From Neoechinorhynchus agilis (taxonomy: Eukaryota > Animalia > Acanthocephala), in NCBI GenBank assembly GCA_051530055.1, contig CM121342.1, positions 13,159,480 to 13,223,479 of the forward strand: 64,000 nucleotides of DNA, read 5' to 3'. Shown here piece by piece: positions 1 to 14,505 of the stretch (within the stretch, counting starts at the first letter, position 1; each line of letters opens with the position of its first letter). Both the position numbers and the translations under genes were made by a program. The notes under the pieces are model-generated. The model was not told the origin of the DNA. It saw only the letters and a program-made list of their open reading frames with translations, and did not search any database.

Positions 1-1869
1 CAATTACGACGTTCTTGCCAATGCACACATTTGGACCGAGCTAAAGATCAACCAATGAAACATAAATATCCGTAAACAAAACTCACAACAGCAGTTTCGT
101 GAACTTTTGCTGATGGATCAATAAGTACACTTCCAATTATATGAAAGCCGTCCGGGGAAGCTAAGAGTTTCGATTTACTCGTGTTCTCGTACATTTGTAG
201 GTAGTGGTGATTGGCAATTAAAATTGAGCTAAAAATCGTGGATTTTGTGAGCTTCTAAAGGCTTCAAAATAATCATATTCGCTAAGTAGTCAAGATTTAT
301 AGATGTCACCTTGCCGCTTGAATTAATTTAAGAACTCCAATGTGAGATACGAATGTTCTAGCTTCTACAAAAACGAATCTGGAGTGCAGCACCAAAGATT
401 AGTTTCGTCTTATCGTTCCGAATTCTGATTTTCAAATTCGGAAATTCGCATTTTTTGTGAATCGTCATCGAAGAGAATGTTAAACACAATAAGGAGTTCA
501 CTTAAAAATTAGTGCTAGTTTTTCTGTGGATTATGCTCGGTCGCGAAAATATCATACATTTCTTCGGTTCGCTGTAATAGTGTTCCCAAACTACAGAAAA
601 GCATTCAGATAAATAAACTAAAGTCGTTTCTATCAAAACGACATCGATGATCATATCAAATTGAAAACGGAGAACATTCGTAACCATAAAGATTCGGTTC
701 TGTTGATGCGACCGTTATTGAAGCTTAATCTCCGTTCGTTTTATCAGATGAGTTCAGAGGCTAAAAACAGTAGGTTTCCAAATCTAACGCAATAGTTGTT
801 GTTTTTAGGTGAGTCACAACAATTTTTAGAGAATTTGTAAGCGTAATTTCTATAGCTGAACATTAATACTATGAGGCATTTCTTAGAGTTTTGTGATCAA
901 CAGATTTAACCTTTCCCTGTATAACCGAACGACTAACCTTGGCATTTTTATCGCTCCCCAATATTTTTGGCTTTGGAAAGCTTTAAGCTGCCCCTTAGCT
1001 ACAAGTATAGGCAGAACATCCTTTTCCATTTCCATCGAATCGATCGGATCATTGGTTTCAAAATCCGTCGAAGCGAGCTTATTTTTCAATGCTTCAGCCA
1101 ACACGGCCAATAGTTTTCGCCTATTGAACACATAAACACCGCAACTAATTACAGTCGAAATAAAACTCATAGGCTTCTCCACATAATGTTTAACCGTCAA
1201 TCCATCTTTCTCGTCAATTACAACACATCCATATTGAAGGCTCTCTTCCTCAGATACCTGAACAATGTGATTTCTAAGCGATGAAATTCTTTTCACAAGC
1301 GTTTAGTTTCACCTCAGTCGTTAAAATGACATTATCATTTCCAGTTGTTCGGTAGACATCAAAGAGCTGTTCAATCGCCAAATCCCCGCAAATGTCACCG
1401 TTCGTAAAGAAAATAACGTCTGGATCGCCATATGTAAGACGATCTCGGAAATGGTATAATCCTCCGGCGGTACCGAGTGCCGTGTATTCACACAAGTACC
1501 TAAATAGATGCTTAAATCAAAAGATGCAAAAAAAGAGAACCTTATGGGGATGGAGAACTCACGACCTAGCCCATCAATATATTTCGCGAGATCGTCTTTT
1601 GTACCGAACGATCCAATCACGTTGACGGATTTAAGGCACGGAACCTAAAAAATTCATAAAAACCTAAAAAAAACTCGCGTACTCGCCTTCAAACAGCAAG
1701 CTTCAACAAGGTGGTGAACAATGGGAAATCCAGCCACAGGAAATAGGGGTTTCGCAACATCTAAAGACAACGGACGGAATCGCGTGCCTAAATAGCTGTT
1801 AAATCTCAAGATGAGCGACAGGTAAAGACCTTTTTGTGGACCGCCAACGATTATAACAGCTTCAGTCAT
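1..1869 (-). CDS. GMPPA: Mannose-1-phosphate guanyltransferase alpha (multi-exon, 3' end runs off the window)
   Basis: Spliced translation: [14 protein letters not shown]|[24 protein letters not shown]|VPCLK..R|[26 protein letters not shown]..|[25 protein letters not shown]..|..[18 protein letters not shown]|[12 protein letters not shown]. The GGPQKGTRFRP motif is diagnostic of the alpha subunit. Introns: 1829-1788, 1686-1645 (GC-AG), 1540-1500, 1312-1258, 937-229 and one near 95-50. Confidence 0.93.
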
Positions 1870-2559
1870 TTAGTCACTGATTAAAATCGTTTATCTATCT
1901 AAAAGGAGTTTTGGAACACCTACTAAATACTCCAAAAGCGTTTCTATTTATGGCTTTATTTTAAATTTCACCGTGGCATTACCGACTTTGGATTTTAAAC
2001 AGAACGGCGACAAACGACTACGACTGTTAAATCGAATTTTCGATAGAAACGTGCGGTAATCAATTTCAATACAGTAATGTAGACTCCCTTGTACTCGACA
2101 CGAAATGTCAGTCACCCCGGGTTCTTTATTTCGCCGGTAGTGAGGTAAACTTGAACACCATTTTGTCACGTATTCATCGAAAGAAACAAAAGCAGCTCAA
2201 ATAAACGGAGTTTGCGAATATTCTGTTCTTTAGGAAGTTTTTTAAAACAAAACGAGTTTATAAACATGTACGCCATCGCTCTGGACAACTTAGCTGCCGT
2301 GTGACGTGACGCCGCAGGTTTTTGGTTGAGCGATTAACGGAATAAATACGGGCACTGTAAAATCATTAAATCTGGCGACGAGGGTTATAACAAACGATTA
2401 GCAATGATTGAAGAAGTGCTGATAAATGAACAATACTAATCGTGATGCTTCGGTTTCTTTAAAATTCGTGCAGAGATACGTGAATCGCAATGGAGGACAA
2501 GGTGTTAATTTTTTTAAGAATTTTTCTTAGGTAAGTTGACTATGGTTGGTAAAGTTGAT

Positions 2560-3945
2560 TTTGGTTGGTTAATTTGTTGGGTTTTCGTTTTCCGGCGTCT
2601 AGGAAGAAAGAACAAAGGTAGAGACTTGTGGGGGGAACTGAAGGATGGAAAATGGTGGGGCGACGTGAGTGTTGTAAGTGTGAGTAAAAGGAGAAATGCG
2701 TGGTGGAAATTGAAGAGGTGGATGAGAATGAAGGCGCTTTGAGTGCTTACTAAAGGTTAGAGAGAGGTATTTTTAAGTTTTACTGGCAAGCCGGTATGTT
2801 ATGATCATTCAATTTTAGACATTCTAAGAACGCGAGTTCGGAGGGGCAGATTAGAGCGCACCTCTTGTGAAATGTATTAAGTTTTTGAATAGAAGAAAAA
2901 TTGCAGAAGGTTGAATATGCGTAGGTGAGCGTTGGAAGGATGGCGATGTTATAGAAGTACTTAAGGTCTTTGGATGATAATCTAAGAAATCGGAGGCGTT
3001 TAAGAAGATAGAGCTTAATGGATCTTTTGTGCAACAAGATTGATGTGGGCTTGTTCCACTTTAGATTTTCTTGAGAATGAAAATCAAGTATACGATCAGA
3101 GGAGACACGATTGATAGGAAAAGGAAGAAGCGGCTGATCGGAGGGGTTATTTGAGATCGAGGGAACAATTTCAAAGCACTTTGTTAAGTTAAGGGTAAGA
3201 TATTTAGAGGAGCAAAATCCTTGAAAGTGAGAAATCTCGTTAGAAGTAATTGAGAGTGAGAGGGGAGACGGTGCATGCGTAATAATTGTCAGATCATCAG
3301 CACACAAGAAGTATTTAGAATAAGAAGAGGAAGGAATAAGATCGTTCAGGAAACTGTTAAAAAGAATAGAGGGAGAAAAGCCCCTTGAGGAACTCCCTTG
3401 TTGAATGCTAAGGTGTTCGAGGCGATGCTCCCTGATTTCAGCCATTTGATTTGCTAGGCGGCAAGACCAAATTTAGAGCACCTATCAAGGAGAAGATTGT
3501 GATCGACGAAATCAAAAGCTTTATGAATGTCGATTTGGATGAGTCGAGAGATAAATAAGGGTTGTGCGTCGAGGTTATAAAGAAGAGAATCGTAGATGCA
3601 TAGAAGAATATTTGTACACGAAAAGTCAGGTCGGAAACCGAATTGAATGAATTAAATTTTTCAATTGAAGATTGGCAGAGGGTGTGTGTTAAAGGATCCC
3701 TCTAAGATTTTAAAGCAGGAAGGTGCAGGGTTACCCGATCTGTTTTAAGGCACTTAGAGAAATTCTAGACCTGGGAGATTGGTGTGATGACTTTGTGATT
3801 ATGATGTGAATTTGGTGTCAATGCTTTGTATAAAAGTGCAGACAGCCTGAATTCTGCACACAGCTCTAATTAGAGCGGTCCTTTTGAGTTGGCGTTGTTC
3901 CAAAGTTCATCGTTATTACCGACACCAGGGATTGATGTAAGTGTT
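2560..3945 (-). mobile_element. Decayed non-LTR retrotransposon (L2/CR1-group LINE), RT and C-terminal region
   Basis: ORF 3445-2780 has QQGS..SPILFNSFLND..FLCADDLTI (RT motifs) and LKWNK..KLYLLKRLR..DLKYFYNIAILPTLTYA. The frameshifted continuation ..HPPLQFPPRISPFTHTYNTH resembles the L2-group C-terminus. Upstream sequence is broken by stops. Confidence 0.8.
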
Positions 3946-4040
3946 TGAAGATTGAACGGTTCATGTTTTCTTATGGCGGAAAAATTGAAATGACTTACTG
4001 AATCCGATATTTCGGCACACTCGTGTGCCTTTATCAAGAT
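3945..4040 (+). repeat. MITE-like family A, half copy
   Basis: gtttgaagattgaa..ttcatg..ccgatatttcggcacac..gtgcctttatcaag, shared with copies at 22075, 45193 and 49765. Confidence 0.75.
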
Positions 4041-4200
4041 CTAAAATACATACGATTTAAAACTCACGGAAATACAGAATATAGAATAATCTCCGCTGAT
4101 GTCAAGTCTCTATTAACAAAAGTGCCATTATACTCAGCGATCAACCTTGCGATTCCTGTACTTCTACGTGATGTAAAAGGATGTAATTTAACAAACCCCA
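4040..4200 (+). mobile_element. Penelope-like RT fragment
   Basis: YRIISADVKSLLTKVPLYSAINLA resembles Penelope RT motif A (SxDVKSLFTNVP). Confidence 0.6.
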
Positions 4201-4849
4201 AAGGAAGAAACTCTTACAAATATGCATCCCCCAAGTCCAATTCTTCCACCAAGCCAAATCTTTCCCCAAGCCCAATCTTTCCTTAATAACCGGAGAACAA
4301 GGAAAGACTCCCAATCGGTCATCTCCTGTACAAAGCCTCCGATCGCACATTAACACCCCTTCAAAGACAAGTCCCACCTCCCTTGCCTTCAACATCCGTC
4401 ATCCAGATACCTTCAGCAAAGATAGATGCTGGCAAGTGTGTGCATCGTGCATTCCTTACATTAAGTAATAAAACGTGTTTATATAAGGAGCAATCAAAAA
4501 CTGCATGCCCAAAAATAACGCCAATTATTTTGAAATCAATGTTTAAGATTTTTATTTGTTCTATATTTATAATTTTCCAAACCAAATCATTTACTGATGT
4601 AAAGATCGGTGCTTACGTTTGATTAGTTTCACTTAGTATCTGTTAGGCGCAGAGTAGCAGTACCAAGGCTGATTTCTCATGTCGAATTAGAATGTGAGAT
4701 TTAGGTGAAGATTTATTGTTGATTTTGACATTATGTCATCGTAATTGTTAACAATAAATACTACGTATAGAGGAGCAAAGATATGAGCACAGGATTAGTC
4801 TTTATCTTTACGATTTCATGATTTCAAGCTGCCCGGTAAAATATAAGAT

Positions 4850-7800
4850 TGTCACGGTATTATTAAAATATTTTCTTTCATCATGCGCAAGAAAAGGTCT
4901 CACTTGTCCACCTACTGGCGTCAAAGTCCATCCTTAATGAAAGGTGATAAAAGTCCCAAACATATTTTATTAGCACATTACCTGTGTTGCAGTCGAAACC
5001 AATTGTAAAATGTCAGCCAATCCGGCAGCGACATTTTTAAAGTCTTATAAGTTTAAAGTTCTGGAGGCATATATACTAATTTTACATACCTCATATATTT
5101 TCGATACCGTCGCCTTATGCAAAAACTGTCCATCGATGTTATTAATCAAAATTCGGGTGCAATACTCTTCCACATTCGTAGAATTCTCGAACAGTTTTCG
5201 GACAAAAGAGGCAACTTCTGCTGCTGACATCGCCGATAGCTAAGTTGGAAATAAGTGGTTTGCGAAAAAATACCCTAATGGCTCATTCCTAGTAGTTTTT
5301 CGTCGCACTTTGATAAAGGTCGCTACTTCTTAGAAAATCGTGAGGTAGCACTGTTTTTAAAAAAATTGAAAAATTAAACAGCCCGAAATTTTAAGAAAGT
5401 AATAAAAACAGTAAATTTTTAAATAACATGTCTAACTTGCGAATTCTCTTAAATGTACAAAGCAACCTCCTCAGTAGTGTTTCGACGTGCTCGGTACTTG
5501 CTCTAAATTTAATCTCACTAAACATTAAGGCGTTGCCAATTATTTTTATTGGAGAACCAGCTGTACGATTCAGAAAGAGAATGCTGGATTCGCCTTCGAG
5601 GCAATGAAAGATAAAGAAATTCCTACGTTCTCATCGGAACTTTGAAGACAAAACTTCTTAATTTATTTTAAAATTTCGAAATTTTAAAGTATTTGTCAAG
5701 GACTAAGATTTATGGTAGTATCAATAGCCGATGGGTATTATGTATAGTGGATATACTGGTTTCGCCAATTATAATAAGAGGTTTTGCGTTCTGTGAACAA
5801 ACTAAATCCTCAGCGCAGATTTAGATTCAGATTACACATTTGACCTTTAAGCCGGCACTAAGTTAAACATACAAAACTTACCGAAGCATGTGTAGCTAAA
5901 ACCTTGACTGACCTTAACATATAATGGGTTGAGATTAAGACCGGATAAAATTGGTTTAAGTATACGAACTCGGAATCTTCCTTAGAAAGCGTATATATAC
6001 TTTTCTCAAATGCTGATGCTAGAATAGTTACAAGCTTATATGACGAAAATGTTTTATTTTCAACGACTAGAGTAATTCTGTCTTTTGGCGAATTTAAATT
6101 TAGAAACGATGTGGTCAACGATTGTCAAAGGCAATAATAATAAATTTTTGGAATTTCCTTTAATTAAACAGTGATGTTCTACTTGTGGTAGTTTTGAACC
6201 CAGAGATGAAAACGGCAAAGATCGTTAGCAAGAAAATGAAATGTGTTCTAAAGATATGACTGAAGCACCGGTTTCTCTTTTCATTTTTACGATTTTTTCA
6301 GCGTATTGTGGGCTACTTAGTACATGATTGAGTTTGACAATAAAATGTATCGATAATAGTCGTTCTTCAATGTAGAATTTCTTCTTTAATTGAGCATACC
6401 TGATCTTATATACTGCCTGCAAAATGGATCCAAATAGAACGATACGTTATCGAGTTCAACGGCGTTAGAAACTGTCAATCGACATTTAGGGTCGTTGATA
6501 AACGCTACGAATTTTTCTCTGTGTTCAACTGGACCAAATCCTGGAAAGGATGCATTCATGGACGAAAGCCTGTTTTACGGCAGTTATTATCATTTGAGGT
6601 CTAAAGCATGCGTTTTATACCGTTTTGCGAAGATCCCGACATTCAGATCGCTGTCTGGAGGATTGGAGTAGATGCTCCACATCATACAATTGACCAAGAC
6701 GGGCCACGTGTCACTCATGTAAATCCAATCAATGATGCACTGACGGTCCATAGACTTTTTTCTGATCCTAATTAGGCGACCTAAAATTCAAAAGTCTTTT
6801 GAACAAGTGATAATGCATAGTAGCTGGTATATTAGGTTCTAAAGCAAATGGGACACCGCTATAAATGACCTCAACAATTACCGATTGCACTGTCATCAAT
6901 TAGCAATTACGCTTTAAAGCTTGCTGAAAGGATGTACAGAACTTCACAATCAACTGTAGGTTCCAAGAATGCTGCGTCAAGAAAATGAATTAACGACAAA
7001 TCAGCGCAAAATTATCGTATATAGAAAATCTGTTTTTGGAACTCAAAATTTAAATCTTACCAATCATTGCTGCAATCGATACGAATCGTCTTACTCTATC
7101 GCAATCAATATCATCACCGTTTTCGTATAAAGTTTTTGCGAATTCTGTAGTCAACTTTGGCACAGTTATCTGATCGAGTTGATTTTATCAATTAAGCTTA
7201 TAGCACAAACCATTTTTATTGAACTTGTTCTTCCACAACGCTGTCTTTTATTAACGATCGAGTTTCCTGATCGCGCTAGATTTTTTGATTTCAAAGAACT
7301 AAAACGGGCCTGATGTGACTAGCTTAAGTAATTCTTCGCTCGAAAAGTTATCAAACCGATATGCTGTTTTTGCAATTAGCAACCGCCGTTCCATTTTGTT
7401 TCCCCAGTACAACCTTCTGTTCTTGTCGATCAATAAATATTGGTATATTGACGAGCTTGCTCATTTTGTTCAAAAGCGCCACAGAAATTAATCTTTGACT
7501 TTCCTCAACTATGCCTTCCTGGCAAAAAGTTGAACATGGATCTTGGACAGCACTCAAAACTCGTTCATGGTCACAAAATGAATATACAAGTACAAATATG
7601 CCTTCCATGGAACAATTACGGATAATCTTTTCGAAAAGACGAAATGCCTTTTCATCTGAGACTTTTAACATTGGAAATCCATTCTCGTCTTTACTTATGC
7701 CTTGTTGGAAAAGAATAACAATTCGAGTTGACGTATTATCAATTGCGTCAATTTCCGAAATTGATTTGAATATGCATAGAAGCTAAATTGGGAAATTGCC

Positions 7801-10800
7801 TTCCTTTGCACCATTTAAAAAAATCAACTCACTTTCGTCTGAAAACAACTTTCTGAGTTGATTGGTACAAAAGCGGATTTAGAATTAAAATGTGACATGT
7901 AAATTCCCATTTTTTCTTTGAAAATCTTGAGAACCAATATAGTGGAAATCAAGGCCGAGATGACTATGATAATAATCAATAATATTTCCCTTCGGCTAAA
8001 ATCTGTTAATTTTAAATATTAGGAGATTGCTAAGTTTTCCTGTTAACGTTTCTTTAATTTAAATCAAAATGTACATTGCTTAAAGATATCGGGTTTCGCA
8101 AAAATAAAAAATACTTCTCAAATATACCGTTCTTTGTGTATTTCTTAATGACAATGTTGAAGAGTAAACCCTAATTTTGCATTTAAAAATTTGGCAATTT
8201 TTTCATAAATCGTTAATCCCTTTAGTTCAATATAAATTTGTAAAAATATCACGAACAATCTAAGCGTCCAGATCATTCCTACCAATTGCCCTATGTTTGT
8301 TCTATGTATTAATTCTGATTTCCAGTCCCATTTGCTTATCACACAAGTATTAGTGACATTTGTTAGATTCGGTAACAAATTCGAATTACATAACAAAACG
8401 GTTAGTAACATAAATCTCAAAATGATTGATAACATTTGGATCTGAATTCTGTTTTACCTCTGGAAACAAATATTAGTCTAATTCCAATAAAAATGCAAAA
8501 CTCCATTACAAGTATTCCAATCATAATCAGTAGCATAGTGATCGGAGACATTTTTGCTTTATCTAGGCTGAAAATAAACTCGAATTATCATTAAACGTAC
8601 TTACGGTAAATCAATCGATTTACGAGCCACCATTTGACCATTCCACATCGGGACTTTGCCTTACATTGGATTTCAGCAAGCACATTTTGAATAACCTTCT
8701 CATGGGAATCGAAGGCGGATACATCCACATTTATGAACCTGTGTAAATTTTAAGCGGGAATTACGAATAAAGATTCAAAAACCTAAGTCTACTTAAGAAG
8801 TCCACGTCCTCATCTTCTATGATTCAGAATTCGGCAATTATTAAAATAGGATGAAGACTTACTTGAAATCGTTTCACGCGAATGTGTCAGTATTCTGTAG
8901 AGATCGTGCACTGCGAATTCCAAAAAAACAAGCATACTGTAAGGTGCTACAGAAGTGAGATGTTTCCGGTGAATCATGTCAAGTGCTCCTATTTTTTAAA
9001 GTTTAAAATTTTAGAATGTACGATTTTTGTATACCCATTAGGCTGACAATCAATATTAGGGACACTGCAGAGATAATAGCCCCTGTAATCCCACCGACAA
9101 AAAGAAGAATCGGTAGTAACAGTATCATACAAATAAATAGGCTCAATACGAATAGGATTATTCGTGGAATTATTGATCGCGTTTGATTTACGCTGCTATC
9201 CGTACAATACGTCTCAAATTCAGCTACAAGGAAGTTATTAGCATATTTCTGGATGCCAACTTACGTCTCAAGTAAGAGTTAACAATGTATTTGGGATCAT
9301 TCGAGCCTGTGCTAAATATGCCGACAGTTAGAGGAAAGCTTGTGGATGGATCACATATGAAGTCTGCCAATGCCTTGATGTAAAGGTCGTAGTTGTAAGT
9401 TTGAGCTTTCAATCTTCTTATTTCAGCGTCCACGGTAGTGCTTGATATAATTGAACGCTTCCCACTGAAACTGATAGCGTGATTGTCTATTGAAAGAAAA
9501 CCTCAATCATAAAGCTTCTTTTGTATAGGTGCACCGATGAGCAGCTCGGTAATCTAGAAGCAGCGAAGAGTTTTTGAAGGGAAACATAAATAATATTAGA
9601 ACATCCATTGTCGTTTAGCAAATAAATAAACATTGTAAACATTTGAGTGATATACTTAAGTTTAGATACTAAAATTTGGCGTTTCAGAGTATTTAAAAAA
9701 ATCGAAATTGGAGACTAATAATCATATGTTTTGTAGACAATGTTAGTAAAAATTTAATAAGTCCCGTTTGTGTCTTAAGTATTAACGACGAATAAATTTC
9801 TTAAAATATCTTCACTCAAACGTGATTCGCTGCAATATTATAGCTTATATAAGTTTTTTGATTCAAGAAAAGAAAATATGTTCGCCAATCCAATTCGGTC
9901 TATAACAAAGTTGGTGTGCCAACATCGGATACGAAGACATGTTTAACCTCGCTATCTCTTTAAAATAATTTTAACAACCACATCAAACTTCCAGGCCTAC
10001 ATTACCGATTTATCAACTGCTAATATTTTAATAAATGGCGAATTTTTACAAGGAGTATTTAAAAATTACAATATTTACGCTCATCGGTGTCTCAATCTTT
10101 ATCAAAGTTAGTCTAACGACAGAATTAACCAGGAATTAAAGTTTATGGGTCGTTCAAAAATATTCCATTGTAAGAATTACCTAGAATCAGTGTAACATTT
10201 TATCCAAATGAATGATCATTCTATTATCCGTGTGCGGACCGGGCATATTCTACACCGTTAAAATCGTGCAGTTTAGTAGTGTGATAAATTTTGAGCATTT
10301 GCCCGATTGAAGCTTTCTTATGTAAAGAAAAAACGTTGTATCCTTCCTTGTTTTGCCGGAACATGAATTTTGAATTTGCTGAATTTTGAAGAATTGCCTC
10401 AAATATCGCTCGGTTTCTCGATCGAATTGCTAGATGAAGTGCGTTATTTCCATCCTTGCTCATCAAAGACACAATTCAAACACGTCTCATCAACCAAAAT
10501 GCACTCACGTCGTCATTCTCATTTGCGATTGCTCCGTGATTGATCAACTGATTAACCATTGCGCGTCTATTTTTGCTTACAGCTACAAGTAATGCTCGAT
10601 TTAAAACCTTCAATGTTTCTCGACACAACTAAGATCTTAGATAATAAAAAAACCTTTGATTTCGCTTCATTCTTCGGTAAATATGTGATAATCGTTTCAA
10701 TGACTTGACGATTTCCACGCTCGACAGCCCACCAAAGTACGTCCCGATCCTCCTTTGAAATTAAATTTTAGATTTCGCTAGAACCGCCTTGGCAGTAAAC

Positions 10801-12850
10801 CTCATCTCTTAAATTAAGATCAACGGACTGGGTGGCCATAATAGTATTAACGCATTGACTCTTTCCTGCTTTTACTGCGGCCAGTAAGGCAGTTTCTCTA
10901 TTCTAGAAAAGTGATATGAAATTCGTAATTTAAAAAGCATAAGCTGCGACTTTGTTAAATCTGTTAATATATACGTTACGATCGACAAGCATCTCAACAA
11001 CAAGCCGAAGTCCATTTCGCGCTGCATAGAACAAAGCCGAATTTCCATCCTGTAAATAGTGCGGATACGCCACAGAATTATCAAATTTTGAAGCATACTT
11101 TGTCTAGCCTGTTTAAAGTAGTAGGAAATCCGCATGCCTCGATCAGCTTTATCGCACATTCTTCATGTTTGTTTTTGCAAGCAGCTATCAAAGCCGTCCA
11201 ATTTTTCTATTTCTGGTGATAAAAAATCAGTATTTTAAAGGTAGGTGCTTACCATTCCGATTATATCCGCATTAGCACCCCGTGCCAGCAGTTTTGTCAC
11301 GATGTCAGTATAACCTCGTCTGGATGACCATATAAGGGAGCTTGTGTTGCTCTATGAATGAGATTGGAGTACTTTATTTTGCACGGTGTTTCTTGTGGAC
11401 GACATAATATTCCCAACCAATAATAAATGATGGAGCCCAAATGTGCCAACGCTATAGGTACTTAAAGCAGCAATATTCATTTCTTCTACAGAGCGCCAAA
11501 CAAATTGTACCATACGAATGCTTAAACTTTATCATTACGGCCAATGTTTTGCTGTCGCATACGATCAACGGGTAAAAATTTCTGGGAAATGGCGATCATT
11601 GTGCTTGTCGCTGGTGTAAATAAGCGATAAATATTTTGCGCTTTACAAAATATTAGAGCGAAACATTTTTTTGTCGAAAATTTGGCAATCGCCGAAGATT
11701 TTTTCGTAAATATTATATAGGCATTAAATTTGTTTCATAGATCTGCAAAATCATTTTGACAGTATTATAAATGTGATCATTTCGGCAATTTAATTTTTGA
11801 ATGCGAAATATTTCTATGCCTTTTAGTAAAGATTATATCGACTTTTGGAAGGCATCCAGGGATACACGCCATTAATCCTTCGTATTTTGAAGGAGTTACG
11901 AATTAAATTGCAACTTTTGTGCAAAACATCTTCATTCAAGGTTGGGATTATATCTACCTTAAAAGCCAAACTGGTAGAAGTCCTCTGGCGAATATGAGAT
12001 GAAGAAAAGAATTACCTTTATGGCTTTTAACGTAATTGGTCAATATAATAAAAAACCCAATTCGTTAATTATTTTTCAATTAGCTAAAGTTAAGTTTTCT
12101 AATTACAGCAATGTTAAATGCTTAGTTTTCCTAGTGATTTTTCAAAAAATTGCTCGTTCATCTTACCTTATCAAGTGCATCAACATCCACATTTCGACTT
12201 AACAAAATATCAACGATTTGAACAAATCCTCGTCCACAAGCCCAAGCAAGCGAACACATCCCATTCTACGTAGGAGATGAAGTATAAATGATCGCATAAT
12301 TTATCGCACCTTATCCCGATGATTGACATTGGCTCCAACGCTGCATAAATAATCAACGATATCGACTCGGTTCTTATAAACTGCCCACATTAATGCGGTG
12401 AATCCTCCCTAACATAAAAATAGACACGAATTTCACTTTCATCTTACACAATCTGTAGCCTCTAAATTGCATTTTGCATTGACTATAGTTTTGCAGATAT
12501 CCATGAATCCTTCCTTTGCTGCATTTAAGAGAGCATTCCACCCGTCCTAAAGAAATTATTAGAACCGCAAACCGCGGTATAATTGGAATTTACCAAATCG
12601 TGCTCGTCAACGTTTGACCCATGATCGATTAGAGTACGGACAATCTTATTATGTCCGTTCTGTGCAGCGATGATAAGAGGTGTTTGTCCTGCCTATTTCT
12701 CTAAAGTGCCAGACAATAAAGCATTTACACTGGCGTCATTCACCTCGTCCGCAATCTCACTATCAATTGGACTTTGCTTTGTTTCAATGGCTGCAATCAG
12801 TGATTCAATATCTCCGTCTTTAGCCCATTGTAGAAAGGAAGATCCTTGCG
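4850..12850 (-). CDS. KIDINS220: Kinase D-interacting substrate of 220 kDa / ARMS (ankyrin repeats, KAP P-loop, TM, SAM-like); ends approximate
   Basis: Exon series: GQTPLIIAAQNGHNKIV, DGWNALLNAAKEG, GGFTALMWAVYKNR, LAWACGRG, LIWSSRRG, DGNNALHLAIRSRNR, YDLYIKALADFICDPSTSFPLTVGIF (human [27 protein letters not shown]), a TM exon, KLVNIPIFID, IDWIYMSDTWP..FYLDP (human ASWINLTEQWP..VNLDP), and SAM-like VEEYCTRILINNIDGQFL. Confidence 0.85.
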
Positions 12851-14505
12851 TCTGATTTTCTAACAACATCACAAAAGAGAAAGTTGCTGTTAGCTACTAG
12901 AGAGCATGCAGGTGAATAAAGTACTAAAAAAGTTCCTCGACGAGTTTCTTTAATTGGAAAGGTCAATTTCACACTTGAAGTATAAGAGAATCTCTTTCAT
13001 AGGAAGGAATGGTGCACGGTGTGAAGACCAGAACGTCGGGAATAGCCGTAGCGATTTTTCTTGACCATGGAAAGGCAACGAACTTATTTAAATATAAAAT
13101 TTAAGCTCATAATTATATCTTTGAATTCAGTAATACACTGCTAACTCGTTTGAACATGCAGTAATGGATTTACCTATTCCACATGAGTGCAATTTTGAAT
13201 CCAGTCATCTCATGACTAAACCATTCATATCAATTATTCCTCAACATTAATTGTTGCGTAAAATCAGTTTATATGCAAAAATCTTATTACAAAGTCGACA
13301 ATGTACCCAAAAACTATCTATATACCCGGTCGATGTCAAAAATTATATGCAAACAATATTTTGGCACTTGAAAAATTAATTGCTATGATTAATTATGCTG
13401 AATATAACTTATAGTAAAACTTTGATTTCTACACATTTTCAGACTTTACATGATATTGAATTTAGGTTTTTCCAGTAATCCGAGCAGTACATTGGCCAGA
13501 CCACATCTAATTGATGTGTATATTGACATGTAGGCATAATAGCTACTCAATCTATGCTAGTGTCGTTCTCATATGCTGCATTTTAGTGCAAAATGAAAAT
13601 ATTTGGTCCTTTAAATCGATGTATTCCAAAGAAGGGTAAGTATTTTGTTGTGACAATAGTATCGAAAGGGCGAGTTTCCCTTGCGACTCGTAGATTGGAA
13701 AAGGATGTGCGAAGGCATTAATGTAATTGGTCACAATGGATTGGAATAGAACATACAATTAATTTTACTCCAGAGAGAATATAAAACAAAAAATTTCGCA
13801 CTCCAGAATTATTTAGCTTGAAAGGGGATTTTAATTTGCAATTTATATTTTAAGAATGCGCATACGAAGACAGATTTTATGGGGTTAAATTTTTGATTTA
13901 TTCTTATAAGTTTAAATAATTAAGCGACTCTAGAAAGATGCTTAAACCAAAAACGATTTTTTAGGAAGGAGTAAATCTTGGATTGATAAAAATCAATTTA
14001 TGGAATTGTGTCTAATTTTACGAACTCAATATTTATTTGCTAAATCTATTATATAAAATTGATATACTTCAAATCTACACTTTTGCCTTACGTCTGTTAA
14101 AACAATATTTATGGAACGCATCGACATTAATATGCTGTTTACATCTGTACTGGAAGCCAGAATTGAGCGAGACTATTGCAGATTGTAGATTTGCCTCGGC
14201 ATATATTTCACAAGACTGCCAAGACAGCCAAGCAGATCGCTAATTCACACATGCCCCCTTTATTGCCCCAATGCGCCTATATACGAAACTCTCTCTTGTC
14301 TCACAAGCTGAATCCCTCAGACAATTCAGTAAAGTATTTGTATACTATCCATGTAAGCAGCCAACCAGAGAAACGCTTTCTGATAAGATTTGTGAATCGT
14401 ATAAATTTCGCGCACACAGAGACAAACTTCTCTCAGCGTACTTTTGACGAATAGATACCAATCTCCGGAAGCAATTTTATTGATTTAATCGCAGCGCTTA
14501 GCTAA

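Noticed and set aside
1948-2169. 73-aa minus ORF upstream of GMPPA
   Set aside because: GTG start, no recognisable domain or supporting exons
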